Shown here in pieces: positions 8,598 to 18,166 of a stretch of 51,457 nucleotides of DNA; within the stretch, counting starts at the first letter, position 1; each line of letters begins with the position of its first letter. The notes beneath the pieces are model-generated. The model did no database searches, was not told the DNA's origin, and worked only from the letters and a program-made list of their open reading frames with translations. A program made the translations under genes and the position numbers. This DNA comes from Nitrospirae bacterium MYbin3 (GTDB lineage: Bacteria > Nitrospirota > Thermodesulfovibrionia > Thermodesulfovibrionales > Dissulfurispiraceae), in assembly GCA_002753335.1 (NCBI GenBank), contig PEAD01000022.1:1-51457 (forward strand), written 5' to 3'.

Positions 8598-9769
8598 CTT
8601 TGTTTGAGTCGGCCGGGATATTTTTTTTAGTCCTGTCATTTTTGGGGATCATGCTTCCTCTTGGTGTTAACATGCTGCTTGTTTTTGGGTATTCGATTTT
8701 TGCGGTCAAAAAAAGCATTTCTTTCGAACCAACTGCTTTTTCGGTGAGCATTATAACTGTTGTGCATAACGGTGAGAAATTGGTTTCCGAAAAAATAATC
8801 AACTCACTTTCACTGAACTTTCCTTCCCCTCAATACGAGGTTGTAATATATTCCGACGGCTCAACCGACAGAACAGAGGAAGCTGTAAAGCCGTTTCTTG
8901 ATGAGCATGTACGGTTTTATTCATCCGCAGGCCATGAAGGCAAAATCAATGGTATGAACAATGCTGTCGAAAAATGTACAGGAGATGTGCTTGTCTTTTC
9001 TGATGCTGATGCACTTCTTGAAAAGGATTCTGTCGCAAAGCTTGTGCGGCATTTTGCTGATCCTGGGATAGGAGGGGTTTGCGGGCAGAGGGAGATATCG
9101 GCCGAGAAGCATAAGCTAAAAAAAGCGCAGGGCAGTTATATAAAATTTGACAGTATGATAAAGCTGCTTGAAAGCAGAAGCGGCAGCATATCATCAAATG
9201 ACGGAAAAATCTATGCGGTAAGACGAAGCCTGTATCGTCCGATTCCTGATGGCGTTACCGATGATTTATATGCATGCTTGTCTGTCATAGCTCAGGGATA
9301 CCGATTTGTTTTTGAGCCTGAAGCTGTTGCTTATGTGCGTGTTCCTTCGAGGAGTGCGCCGCATGAAGTTGTAAGAAGGCGGAGGATTGTCGGCACAAGC
9401 CTTAGAGGTATTTGGATGATGCGTGAATTGTTTAACCCTTTCAGGCATGGGATTTTTTCGCTGAGCCTGTTTATAAATAAAATATTGCGACGACTGCTTC
9501 CATTTTCGCTGATTATGTTATTTTTCAGCACTTTGATTCTTTCTTTTTATGGATTTGCGATGAAGATTTTTGTTGTTCTACAGGCAGCCTTTTATTTGAC
9601 GGCCTGCATTTATCTTCTTTTTATGAATAAGCTTTCGGGAAGGGGCGCTGTTTCAAAGGCCGCTTCGATGATCTTTTATTTTTGCCTTGGGAATTACGGA
9701 ACTCTTAGAGGTGTTCTCGATTTTATTTCGGGGCGTGTGGTAACAAAATGGAAACCGTTAAAAAATTAA
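8594..9769 (+). CDS. Glycosyltransferase family 2 (membrane-associated)
   Basis: SDGSTDRT, GKING, FSDAD, TDD and RRRRI motifs, N- and C-terminal TM helices. Overlaps the upstream stop (ATGA). Confidence 0.9.
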   Translation: MTLFESAGIFFLVLSFLGIMLPLGVNMLLVFGYSIFAVKKSISFEPTAFSVSIITVVHNGEKLVSEKIINSLSLNFPSPQYEVVIYSDGSTDRTEEAVKPFLDEHVRFYSSAGHEGKINGMNNAVEKCTGDVLVFSDADALLEKDSVAKLVRHFADPGIGGVCGQREISAEKHKLKKAQGSYIKFDSMIKLLESRSGSISSNDGKIYAVRRSLYRPIPDGVTDDLYACLSVIAQGYRFVFEPEAVAYVRVPSRSAPHEVVRRRRIVGTSLRGIWMMRELFNPFRHGIFSLSLFINKILRRLLPFSLIMLFFSTLILSFYGFAMKIFVVLQAAFYLTACIYLLFMNKLSGRGAVSKAASMIFYFCLGNYGTLRGVLDFISGRVVTKWKPLKN

Positions 9770-10875
9770 ACAATCAGGCAGTTCTTATTGTGAACCTCTC
9801 AAAGTGGTTTGGAGGAGCCGAGGTGAGGACTTTTGATCTTGCTGCTTTGCTTGAGGGAAAGGTTAGATATGCTGTTGCTGTGCTTGAAGGCTCTCCACTT
9901 CATGAACGATTGAAAAAGGCAGGTTTGCCTTCAATTCCTTTCTCATATGGGCGAGGAGATGTCCGGCTGCTTTTTGCTTTAAGGGAGGCCATACAAAGGA
10001 ACGGCTTTTCTATTGTTGATGCGCATAATCCTCAGTCTCAATTCTGGGGGTTGCTTGCCGGCATGGCCGAGAGCGCCGAAGTTCTTGTCTCAACTGTTCA
10101 CAGCTCATACGGCGATACTGATAAAGGGTTGAAAAAACTTGTATATGAACTTGTGTTGCGCATAAATAAGGCAATAGGGTGCAAGTTTATAGCTGTTTCT
10201 GAATCTGTTAATGAATATTTGCAGAAGCTTGGAGTTCCATCCGAAATAATTTCTTTAGTGCATAACAGCATAGCGATTCCCGAGGCTCCTTCGCAAAGGC
10301 AGTACGAGGGGATAAGGAGAGCGGCAGGATGGGGCAAAGACGATTTTGTTTTTGCTGTTGTCGGTCGCCTCGAACTCGTAAAGGGGCACATATACTTGCT
10401 GGAAGCTATATCAAAGGCGATAAAACAAAATCCTGCAATAAGATGCTTGATAGTTGGTACGGGACGTCTTCAGGCAGAGCTTGAAGCAAAGGTGAAAGAG
10501 TACAACATTGGGAATCACGTTTTATTTGCAGGATTTAGGGATGATGTGAAAGAACTGCTGATTTCGTGTGATGCTTTTTGCATGCCGTCTCTTTCCGAAG
10601 GCATGCCGTATGCGCTGCTTGAGGCATGCGTGTCTGCCCTGCCTATTCTTGCAACCAATGTAGGCGGTATTGTAAAACTGATTGAGCATGGCAAGACAGG
10701 CCTGCTTGTACCGCCTCAGGACTCCGGCGCGCTTGCGGATAGTTTAGTTCAGTTGGCAGGTAATCCTGAGTATGCTTCCAGACTTGGAGTCGCAGCTTTT
10801 GAGATGGTTCGTGAAAGACTTTCTTCTGAAAAGATGCTGTCAGGCACTCTTCAGGTTTACGGATTTGAAAAATAA
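9748..10875 (+). CDS. Glycosyltransferase family 4
   Basis: GGAE, VGRLELVKG, MPSLSEGMPYALLEA, ATNVGG. Confidence 0.92.
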   Translation: METVKKLNNQAVLIVNLSKWFGGAEVRTFDLAALLEGKVRYAVAVLEGSPLHERLKKAGLPSIPFSYGRGDVRLLFALREAIQRNGFSIVDAHNPQSQFWGLLAGMAESAEVLVSTVHSSYGDTDKGLKKLVYELVLRINKAIGCKFIAVSESVNEYLQKLGVPSEIISLVHNSIAIPEAPSQRQYEGIRRAAGWGKDDFVFAVVGRLELVKGHIYLLEAISKAIKQNPAIRCLIVGTGRLQAELEAKVKEYNIGNHVLFAGFRDDVKELLISCDAFCMPSLSEGMPYALLEACVSALPILATNVGGIVKLIEHGKTGLLVPPQDSGALADSLVQLAGNPEYASRLGVAAFEMVRERLSSEKMLSGTLQVYGFEK

Positions 10876-10886
10876 AGGGGGTAAAG

Positions 10887-11942
10887 ATGAAAAAAAAGTT
10901 AGTGTTAATAATCATGATGCCGATATTATTCTTGGCTCTGCTTTGCTGTCTCAGCTACGCTGGAGAAAAATCTCTTACTAATAAAGGAAATAGCCTGCCC
11001 GGCAAATGGAGGCCTTTTTCTGATGATTCATCATGGAATAAATTAATTGCATCAGATGCAAAGACCCATGTTGATTCTGATTCCATAATTGCATATATGT
11101 CGGGTGAGGCTAAAAATATCAGGTTTGCGAAGTCATATGCGGTGCCGGTCTGGGTTGTTAATTCTGACGGTATGCAGTTTTTAAAAATCAGAAGCAGCAA
11201 GATTTTTGACAGGTGGGATAAGGACAAAGATGGTTGGAGCGACGAAGGTATTCCTATTACTGAAGACATGTGGGGTGAAGGCACAGAGGATGGCCATATA
11301 AGCATTATAGATCCGGTAAAAAAGACCGCTTGGGAGCTGTCGGGATATAAAGGCTTTATGACTGCCGAAAACGGAGTTAGGGCTCCGCGTTGTTCCACAT
11401 TCAACATTTGGGATTTATCAGGCAAAGGTGAGGGGGATTCATCCGAAGGAGAACGCTGGTGGGCAAGGGGCGGTCGTGGTTCAGGTTTTCCTCTGATTGC
11501 AGGGCTTGTCAGGCCGGAAGAAATCAAGGAAGGTGCTATAAGGCATGCGCTTGTATTCACTTTTCCGAAGAACCGACGCGCCGACAACGGCAAGAATATA
11601 TTTATTCCTCCTGCATGCCGGAGCGACGGTAAACATACAGGCAGTCATTATCCGATTGAAGGTATGAGATTTCAGCTTGACCCTTCGCTTACAGAAAAAG
11701 ACTTTGATGCATTAGGATTGAACAGGGAAGGGAAAATAGTGGCCAGAGCGCTTCAGAAATACGGAATGTTTTTGGGGGATAACGGCGGCGCTATGGCGGT
11801 TCAGGTGCAGCTGCTCGCTCCAGCCGGAGATGAAAATCGCAAGAAATGGGACAGCATGTTCCCCGGTTTCTATAAGAGCATCGAGAAGATTCCTACAGCC
11901 AAATTTCGTGTGGTTTACACTGGCGAGCCAATAATTAAATAA
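10887..11942 (+). CDS. Uncharacterised secreted protein
   Basis: N-terminal signal peptide (MKKKLVLII...YA), SD GGGGG, Trp/Gly/Asp-rich body with motif-like segments RGSGFPLIAGL, IRHAL, RSDG and ALQKYGMFLGDNGG. Confidence 0.8.
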   Translation: MKKKLVLIIMMPILFLALLCCLSYAGEKSLTNKGNSLPGKWRPFSDDSSWNKLIASDAKTHVDSDSIIAYMSGEAKNIRFAKSYAVPVWVVNSDGMQFLKIRSSKIFDRWDKDKDGWSDEGIPITEDMWGEGTEDGHISIIDPVKKTAWELSGYKGFMTAENGVRAPRCSTFNIWDLSGKGEGDSSEGERWWARGGRGSGFPLIAGLVRPEEIKEGAIRHALVFTFPKNRRADNGKNIFIPPACRSDGKHTGSHYPIEGMRFQLDPSLTEKDFDALGLNREGKIVARALQKYGMFLGDNGGAMAVQVQLLAPAGDENRKKWDSMFPGFYKSIEKIPTAKFRVVYTGEPIIK

Positions 11943-11957
11943 CGGAAGGATGCAGGT

Positions 11958-12899
11958 TTATTCTACGACTGCGTTTTTTCTAAAAACGCAGTCGTTTATG
12001 CCTTTAATCACTCCACGAACTCTGTCAAAATTTCCCTTTTTCGGAGAGAGTATGAGGATAATAGTCCGGGACAGGGTATATCCGAGTAGAGCATAATAAA
12101 AAAGCAGCCAATTGAATATGCTTTTTTTTACATATTTGATGAAAAAAATATACGTGAAATTGATAAACATTTGGCCTTCCTTAAAATTGTCAGGACTCAT
12201 TTTCGGGGATTCCATATGCAGGAGACGGGCTTTAGGCGTATAAATAAGTTTGTATTTGTTTGCAACGCGGTAACTAAATTCCTTGTCTTCACCCATAGCA
12301 TAATTGCGGAACATTTCGGAATCAAAAGAAAAATCCTGAAATACCTGTTTGCGAAAAGAGCAGACACCGCCTGACAAAAAATCCACTTCTGTCCATTCAT
12401 GGATGGGAGAGCCTGTTGTTCCGTAGTTTGTGCAAAAACCTGAAGGCAGTACTTTACCTTCGTGAAAGCCCGAGACGAGAAAGATTATATTAAAAATTCT
12501 GCGTATTTTCTGGACTGACGTGATCGGTTTGGGGTTTGCTATTTCACCTCCAACACCGCCGACAATTTCTTTCTGGTCACCTTCGTAAACCCGGAGTATT
12601 TCTTCGACATAATCAGGGAAGAGAATGACATCGTCATCCAGGAAAAAAATAATATCGCCTGTGGCCAGTTTTATGCCCGAATTTCTTGAGGCCGTAAGGC
12701 CGCGTATTTTTTTCTTGTGATATATGTATTTTATCCCTGATTTTCTGCATTCCTCTTCAAAGGGCAGCCTGTCAAGATTGCCGTCATCAACAACTATGAC
12801 CTCATAAGGAATAACGGTCTGAACAAGTATCGACTCGATGCATTTTTTCAAGTCGTCAGGCCTGTTGTATGTAGGTATTATTATTGATGCAGTAAGCAA
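11958..12899 (-). CDS. Glycosyltransferase family 2
   Basis: SIIIPTYNR, VVDDG, SRNSG, FLDDD, MGEDKEF. Confidence 0.92.
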   Translation of the reverse strand: MLTASIIIPTYNRPDDLKKCIESILVQTVIPYEVIVVDDGNLDRLPFEEECRKSGIKYIYHKKKIRGLTASRNSGIKLATGDIIFFLDDDVILFPDYVEEILRVYEGDQKEIVGGVGGEIANPKPITSVQKIRRIFNIIFLVSGFHEGKVLPSGFCTNYGTTGSPIHEWTEVDFLSGGVCSFRKQVFQDFSFDSEMFRNYAMGEDKEFSYRVANKYKLIYTPKARLLHMESPKMSPDNFKEGQMFINFTYIFFIKYVKKSIFNWLLFYYALLGYTLSRTIILILSPKKGNFDRVRGVIKGINDCVFRKNAVVE

Positions 12900-12902
12900 C
12901 TT

Positions 12903-14006
12903 TTACCTCATAGACAGGATAGATATCCTGAAATTCTCGTGCATTTGTTTTATATCGGAGCTGTAAGGCAACGTCATTTTAAAACAACGGAGATTGTCTG
13001 TGTTTCTGTGAATCAGTGCATTCATTTTTGTGTGGTAATCATATCCGTGCAAGGAGAGTAATTTTAAAATATTGTCTATCTCGGGGAATGCCATCCAGTA
13101 AAGCGTTTTAGCCCTTTCTGCGAACTCCTCTCTGCTTATTTCCACAAAGCTCTGCTCTTTGGCATTGATGATCATAACAGCAATTTCCGGATGCACAGAA
13201 TTCAGCACCTGAACATTTGGAAATATATCCCGTATAAGTGCAAATACAGGAGGGTCTATAGCCTGTTTGATTTTTTCATGCAATTGAGCCGGCAGATTGT
13301 TTTTTATAAAGGATATCCCCACAAGTTTTTCTATGAATTTTCTCAGCCAAAATTTTGATGTTTTTTTGCTTTGCGAATTGTATATTGAAGTGAGTATTTC
13401 GGGGAACATATTCATGTGGTGTTTTCTGATAGGCATGTATGGCCTGAAGATATAGGCTTCTCTATTAAGGAAAATGAACTTGTCTTCACTGAGATAGTCG
13501 CATCCGTTATGGAGCATATGCAGCGCTAAAGGCGATTTGCCTATGCCTTCGGGGCCTACAATCAGCATCGGCAGCGTATTATATTTTAGAACAAGGCCGT
13601 GATATAAAAGTCCGTTTTTTTTAAGCAGAGCAAACTGTATCCCATGGATAATTGCATAGTACAAGGCTCCGAAATATCCGGGTCTCGGAGTGTATAGAAT
13701 CTTTATAGGATTCGAGAGAATTATGGCTATATCAGGTCTCTGTTTGTAGCCCAATACAATGCAGGCTCCGTCTTTATGTTCTCTGATCCAGAATTGAGCA
13801 GGATCTTTTGATTTGTGCTCTAATACGCCGGCTTCAACGTCCTGTAGTATGGTCATTACTATGTCAGGCTTAGAGCCAGGTTTGTTTTCGGTTAAGAAGA
13901 GTCCGAAAAATTTATGGAGTCTTGAAGCTACCTCCTCGTTCAGATCATAAGCCTCAAGGGTGATAATCGAATGAATGTCTAAAAATAGGTTTATTTTTTT
14001 GTCCAT
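12903..14006 (-). CDS. HPr-kinase-like P-loop protein
   Basis: HGLVL...IVGPEGIGKS (Walker A)...CDYLSED resembles the HprK C-terminal domain signature. Likely start ATG 14006 (MDKKINLF), overlapping the flippase end. Confidence 0.65.
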   Translation of the reverse strand: MDKKINLFLDIHSIITLEAYDLNEEVASRLHKFFGLFLTENKPGSKPDIVMTILQDVEAGVLEHKSKDPAQFWIREHKDGACIVLGYKQRPDIAIILSNPIKILYTPRPGYFGALYYAIIHGIQFALLKKNGLLYHGLVLKYNTLPMLIVGPEGIGKSPLALHMLHNGCDYLSEDKFIFLNREAYIFRPYMPIRKHHMNMFPEILTSIYNSQSKKTSKFWLRKFIEKLVGISFIKNNLPAQLHEKIKQAIDPPVFALIRDIFPNVQVLNSVHPEIAVMIINAKEQSFVEISREEFAERAKTLYWMAFPEIDNILKLLSLHGYDYHTKMNALIHRNTDNLRCFKMTLPYSSDIKQMHENFRISILSMR

Positions 14007-15478
14007 GGTTTTCTGATTTTGAGGCCTTTTAAGTGAGGGTTTATTTTTGTCGCTGAGATAATTAGCAGAATCATTCCGGTCATGTAAATTACAATGCTTG
14101 CGAAGGCCGAAATATAAGGTGAATAGCCTCCGGTTTTTGAGGCATACTCTGAGGCAAGAAAACAGAGGCACATAAAACAAGAAGGCAAACATAACGCAAT
14201 AGCATTCGATTTTAAGAAAGAGGCAGTGCAAGCATATCTTTTAAGTGCAAAAAACAATAGCGTTGCAAATAGCAAGAAATAGGAGATGCTGCTTACCGCT
14301 GCAACAGCAGCTATGCCTATGCCTGAAGACAGGAGAAAAATATTTGTAAGTGTATTTAATAAGCATATGAACAAAACTATAGCAGAGGCTTTTAGCTGCC
14401 AGTTGTTTGCTACGATAATTCCACGGGTCAGGTACGACAAAGAGAAAAAATAGCCGCCAATAGTCATAATTTGAGCAGGTACGATGGCCTCAGTATATTT
14501 GGGGAACAGCAAGGTTGTCAGTACAGGGATAGCAAAAACAATAGGCCCTATAATGAACGGAAGGTAATAGGCTGTATTTATGAGCGGCTTGAAAAGGTAT
14601 TCATCAAGCACTGCCTGCTTTGACTTATTGTTGAGTTCTGACATGAGCCGAGGTTCTATTACCTCCCGTGCGGCTCCCGGTATTTGTATCATAAAAGTGA
14701 AGACCGTTACGGCAAAGCTATAATAGCCAAGCTGTTTAATGCCGAGGAAGTGAGAAATCACAAACCGGTCTGCAGTACTTATGAGTATATTGCTGAAGTT
14801 GAACAGCATTATGGGGAAACCATGGTGCACAAGCTCTTTAAATATGGGGAGCTGAAACCCTTTGTTAATGCTGGGCCGGCAGTTTTTTATGATAAAGGCA
14901 AGTATCACTATATACGAGAAAATAATGCTTAGATACAACCCGTATATGCCCCATAAATACAGAAACAAAATACCGGAAAAAACTTTTGCGACCGTCATCA
15001 AATAGGTAAGTGAAGTGAGGAGTTTAAAATCCTGATATGCCTTTAGAAGGCTGACGGTGTATTCCTCATACCAAATCAAAATTATCATAACAGACATAAC
15101 AAGCAAGCCTGATGTTTCGACAATGCTAAAGTTTCCTGCGAGTGCAATGACGGCAACAAAGACCGCAATTATTAGGTTTAAAATGAGTGTTGCATAGAAA
15201 ACAGTGTCTTTTATTTGATTGCTTTGGGTTTCTTCTCCGGCTCCCAAATGGTATGGTATGCGATATTGCATTGAGGAGCGTGATCCCAGATGGACATATG
15301 CGGCATAAGTGGGAATAAGATTTAAAAGATTCCAGAGCCCGTAAAGTTCAGGCGACAGCAGCTTGGGTTTAAGGAAGCTATAAAACACACCAAAAATTTT
15401 TGAAAAGATGCTGCTTGCCGAATATCCGGCTATGATTTTTATCAAGGAGCTATCTTTCCTCTGTTCTGCTTCCGCCAT
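13991..15478 (-). CDS. Wzx-type oligosaccharide flippase
   Basis: 12-14 TM segments, KLLSPELYGLW, ADRFVISHFLGIKQLGYYSFA. Confidence 0.88.
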   Translation of the reverse strand: MAEAEQRKDSSLIKIIAGYSASSIFSKIFGVFYSFLKPKLLSPELYGLWNLLNLIPTYAAYVHLGSRSSMQYRIPYHLGAGEETQSNQIKDTVFYATLILNLIIAVFVAVIALAGNFSIVETSGLLVMSVMIILIWYEEYTVSLLKAYQDFKLLTSLTYLMTVAKVFSGILFLYLWGIYGLYLSIIFSYIVILAFIIKNCRPSINKGFQLPIFKELVHHGFPIMLFNFSNILISTADRFVISHFLGIKQLGYYSFAVTVFTFMIQIPGAAREVIEPRLMSELNNKSKQAVLDEYLFKPLINTAYYLPFIIGPIVFAIPVLTTLLFPKYTEAIVPAQIMTIGGYFFSLSYLTRGIIVANNWQLKASAIVLFICLLNTLTNIFLLSSGIGIAAVAAVSSISYFLLFATLLFFALKRYACTASFLKSNAIALCLPSCFMCLCFLASEYASKTGGYSPYISAFASIVIYMTGMILLIISATKINPHLKGLKIRKPWTKK

Positions 15479-15571
15479 TAGAAATCATAACACAAAAGCT
15501 GTAAGCCTCTGCGAGCTGTGTGCAGGCTGTTTATTCTATTCTTCTGAAAAAAACTTTTTGTGATATGCTAT

Positions 15572-15624
15572 CTTTTGCTATGCTTGTACTTATCCAGAAC
15601 GAGCTGAGGAGAGCATAGCAGAGG
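15572..15624 (+). promoter_or_regulatory. Leader hairpin occluding the Shine-Dalgarno of the deacetylase gene
   Basis: CTTTTGCTATGCTT (15572-15585) pairs over 14 bp (3 G-U) with GAGCATAGCAGAGG (15611-15624), covering SD GAGGG upstream of ATG 15632. Confidence 0.4.
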
Positions 15625-15631
15625 GTATGGT

Positions 15632-16618
15632 ATGAAGGCACTGAAGAATTATCTTAAAAAGTATCCTAGGGTTAGGCATTGTCTTAAAGATATCAAGGCC
15701 ACAACTTTCGGTATGCATTGGGGATTAGTCAAGAAAGGAAGTCTTGAATCAGCCTTAACGGTTTTTGTTTACCACGATGTATCTCCAGAGCCGGCGGAGT
15801 TCAGCAGAATCTATAACCTTAATGTCAGCCCCAAGGTTTTTGATTTTCAGATGCGTTTTATCAAAGATCACTTTCAGGTCATAGGCCCGGACGAGCTGCT
15901 TAACGATAGAATTCCCGAACGAGCCGCTCTAATAACCTTTGACGACGGCCTTAAGGGTGTTTTCAGGTTTGCGGTTCCGGTATTGGCAAAGCACGGTATT
16001 CCTGCATTATTTTTTCTCAATATGGCTCCCATAATCAAGAAAGAGATATTCTGGTCAGGGCTGATTACATATCTGTGTGAAAAACAGAAAGACTTTATCA
16101 GTTTCATGCAAGCAAGAGGTTCTGTTGTTTCTGAAAAAGCGCCGTTTCTAGCATGTTCACGTGAGGTGGTGCAGGCGTATCTAGAAAAAACTGGTCTGTC
16201 CTTAGCAGATGAGGTCATCGCTTTTGTTGGTGACTTTGCGGATGAGAATGATTTAATGGAGTCGTCAGAAATCGATGTTATATATTACGGCAACCACCTC
16301 TATAACCATGATGTTGCCCTTCTTCTTGCGGAAGAAGACCTTCTACGTTCATATCGCAATAACGAAGCTGCTTTGCAGGGTTATAAAAATTACAGACCGC
16401 TCTTTTCTTTCCCTTTCGGGCAGCCTAGCACTTGTTTTTTATCGCAGCAGGTGGATCTGTTGATGCAGAATGGTGCAAAGAGAGTATTCTCATCTTGGCC
16501 GGTGCCTAACAGAGACATATCATCTCCCTGTTTGCACAGGATAGCGCTTACAGATTTCAACGACACACAAGCCAAGGTGTGGTATCAGATTTTTTATCAA
16601 GAACTACGTTCAAAATGA
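15632..16618 (+). CDS. Polysaccharide deacetylase (NodB/CE4 family)
   Basis: VYHDV, LITFDDG, GNHLYNH, FSFPFG. Confidence 0.88.
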   Translation: MKALKNYLKKYPRVRHCLKDIKATTFGMHWGLVKKGSLESALTVFVYHDVSPEPAEFSRIYNLNVSPKVFDFQMRFIKDHFQVIGPDELLNDRIPERAALITFDDGLKGVFRFAVPVLAKHGIPALFFLNMAPIIKKEIFWSGLITYLCEKQKDFISFMQARGSVVSEKAPFLACSREVVQAYLEKTGLSLADEVIAFVGDFADENDLMESSEIDVIYYGNHLYNHDVALLLAEEDLLRSYRNNEAALQGYKNYRPLFSFPFGQPSTCFLSQQVDLLMQNGAKRVFSSWPVPNRDISSPCLHRIALTDFNDTQAKVWYQIFYQELRSK

Positions 16619-16694
16619 AACACCGCTTTATGTTGTTCAACGCTTAATATTTGAATTAGTAAATAATTTTTACCGTCTTCCTGTTGTTGCCTCG

Positions 16695-16724
16695 TTGTGA
16701 TTTTAAAAAAGGATAATCTATAAT
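16695..16724 (+). promoter_or_regulatory. Putative sigma70 promoter for the SBP-MCP pair
   Basis: TTGTGA-N18-TATAAT upstream of SD and ATG 16761. Confidence 0.35.
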
Positions 16725-16760
16725 GCATCTATTACGCATATCTGATAAGGGGGAAGGGAA

Positions 16761-18053
16761 ATGAAAAAGGTATGGTGTTTGGGGGTTCTCTGTCTTTTTT
16801 TTGCATTTGCAACAATTGGTTTTGCTGCGGATGCAGGAGTTGTGAAAATCGGCCTTAACTATCCAGAAACAGGTCCTTATTCAAAACAGGGGCTTGATCA
16901 GCGCAGGGCCGCAGAATTGGCGGTCGAAGAGATAAACGGTGCGGGCGGGATTCTGGGCAAAAAGATACAGCTTGTTTACCGTGACACTAAATCCAACGCA
17001 AAGGTAGCGAAAGAAAACGCCATAGACCTTTACGACAAGGAAGGGGTTCCAATGATTTTCGGAGGCTCCTCAAGCGCTGTTGCTATAGCCACAGGCAAGG
17101 TGGCTATGCAGAAGAACAAAATATTTTTCGGTACTCTTACCTACTCAACAGAAACCACCGGAGAAGAGGGCCACAGACATGTTTTCAGAGAGTGTTACGA
17201 TTCCTATATGGCAGCAAAGGTTGTATCCGACTACGTAACCAAAACTATGGCTGCGACACTGCAGGGCTTGGCTCCAAAGTTTTTTTATGTTACTGCTGAC
17301 TACACATGGGGTTGGACCACAGAGGATTCTATAAGGAAGTTTACCGGGACAACAGACAAGAATGAGCATCGTGGGGTTTTGACGAGGCTCGGTTCTGATG
17401 ACTTCTCTAAGGTTTTGGGTATTGCCAAAGAGGCAAAGGCTGATGTGCTTGTTCTTGTGCTTTTTGGCCGCGATATGGAAATAGCTGTAAAACAGGCTTA
17501 TGAGATGGGGCTTAAAAAGACGATGCAGATAATAGTTCCTAACCTTACACTTGACATGGCTGAAGGCGCAGGGCCAGAGGCAATGGAGGGTGTTATAGGC
17601 GCTATGCCGTGGACTTGGCGGGTTCCCTTTGCCAACAACTACCAAAAAGGAATAGATTTTGTGAAAAATTTCGAGGCAAAGCACAAGCGTTATCCTTCCA
17701 CCTCCGGAGCGTCCGCTTATGTAATTCTGCACCAATACAAAGAGGCGGTTGAGCGTGCAAAAACTTTTGACACCAAAGCTGTTATAAAGACGTTGGAAGG
17801 CCATAAATATACCGGTCTTAAGGACGAGCAGTATTGGAGGGCGTGGGACCATCAGTCTGTGCAGACGGTATATGCGGTGAAATGCAAACCTGCAGCCGAA
17901 GTTAAGAAGGACAAGTACCAGCAGGACTATTTCGAGATAGTAAACAGCATGAAGGGTGAAGCTGCTGCGATTTCGAACAAGGAGTGGACAGAGAATAGGA
18001 CAAGGGTGGGAATGCCGGCAACTCTTGAGGAATATATTGAAGCAGGACAGTGA
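16761..18053 (+). CDS. Periplasmic solute-binding protein, LivJ/branched-chain amino acid family
   Basis: Signal peptide, KIGLNYPETGPYS...AAELAVEEINGAGGILGKKIQLV.RD, GGSSSAVA. Confidence 0.9.
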   Translation: MKKVWCLGVLCLFFAFATIGFAADAGVVKIGLNYPETGPYSKQGLDQRRAAELAVEEINGAGGILGKKIQLVYRDTKSNAKVAKENAIDLYDKEGVPMIFGGSSSAVAIATGKVAMQKNKIFFGTLTYSTETTGEEGHRHVFRECYDSYMAAKVVSDYVTKTMAATLQGLAPKFFYVTADYTWGWTTEDSIRKFTGTTDKNEHRGVLTRLGSDDFSKVLGIAKEAKADVLVLVLFGRDMEIAVKQAYEMGLKKTMQIIVPNLTLDMAEGAGPEAMEGVIGAMPWTWRVPFANNYQKGIDFVKNFEAKHKRYPSTSGASAYVILHQYKEAVERAKTFDTKAVIKTLEGHKYTGLKDEQYWRAWDHQSVQTVYAVKCKPAAEVKKDKYQQDYFEIVNSMKGEAAAISNKEWTENRTRVGMPATLEEYIEAGQ

Positions 18054-18087
18054 AGAATTATAGAACTAATGTTGCGTTTAGTATTTG

Positions 18088-18126
18088 AAATTGATAGGCC
18101 GTAGTTAAACTACGGCTTATCAATTT
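18088..18126 (+). terminator. 18-bp stem hairpin between SBP and MCP (terminator or mRNA stabiliser)
   Basis: AAATTGATAGGCCGTAGT-taa-ACTACGGCTTATCAATTT (one G-U pair), followed by GTTT. Confidence 0.6.
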
Positions 18127-18166
18127 GTTTGGATTCTGAGAGGGATATTTTGGGAGGGGAAATAAA

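Noticed and set aside
10955..11593. 212-aa antisense ORF (and similar ones at 17145-17852, 20152-20661, 46500-47000)
   Set aside because: Fully nested opposite well-supported genes, with Ser/Pro-rich or motif-less shadow translations.
14007..14231. N-terminal extension of ORF 12903..14231
   Set aside because: Overlaps the flippase on the same strand by more than 200 bp. ATG 14006 is the plausible start.
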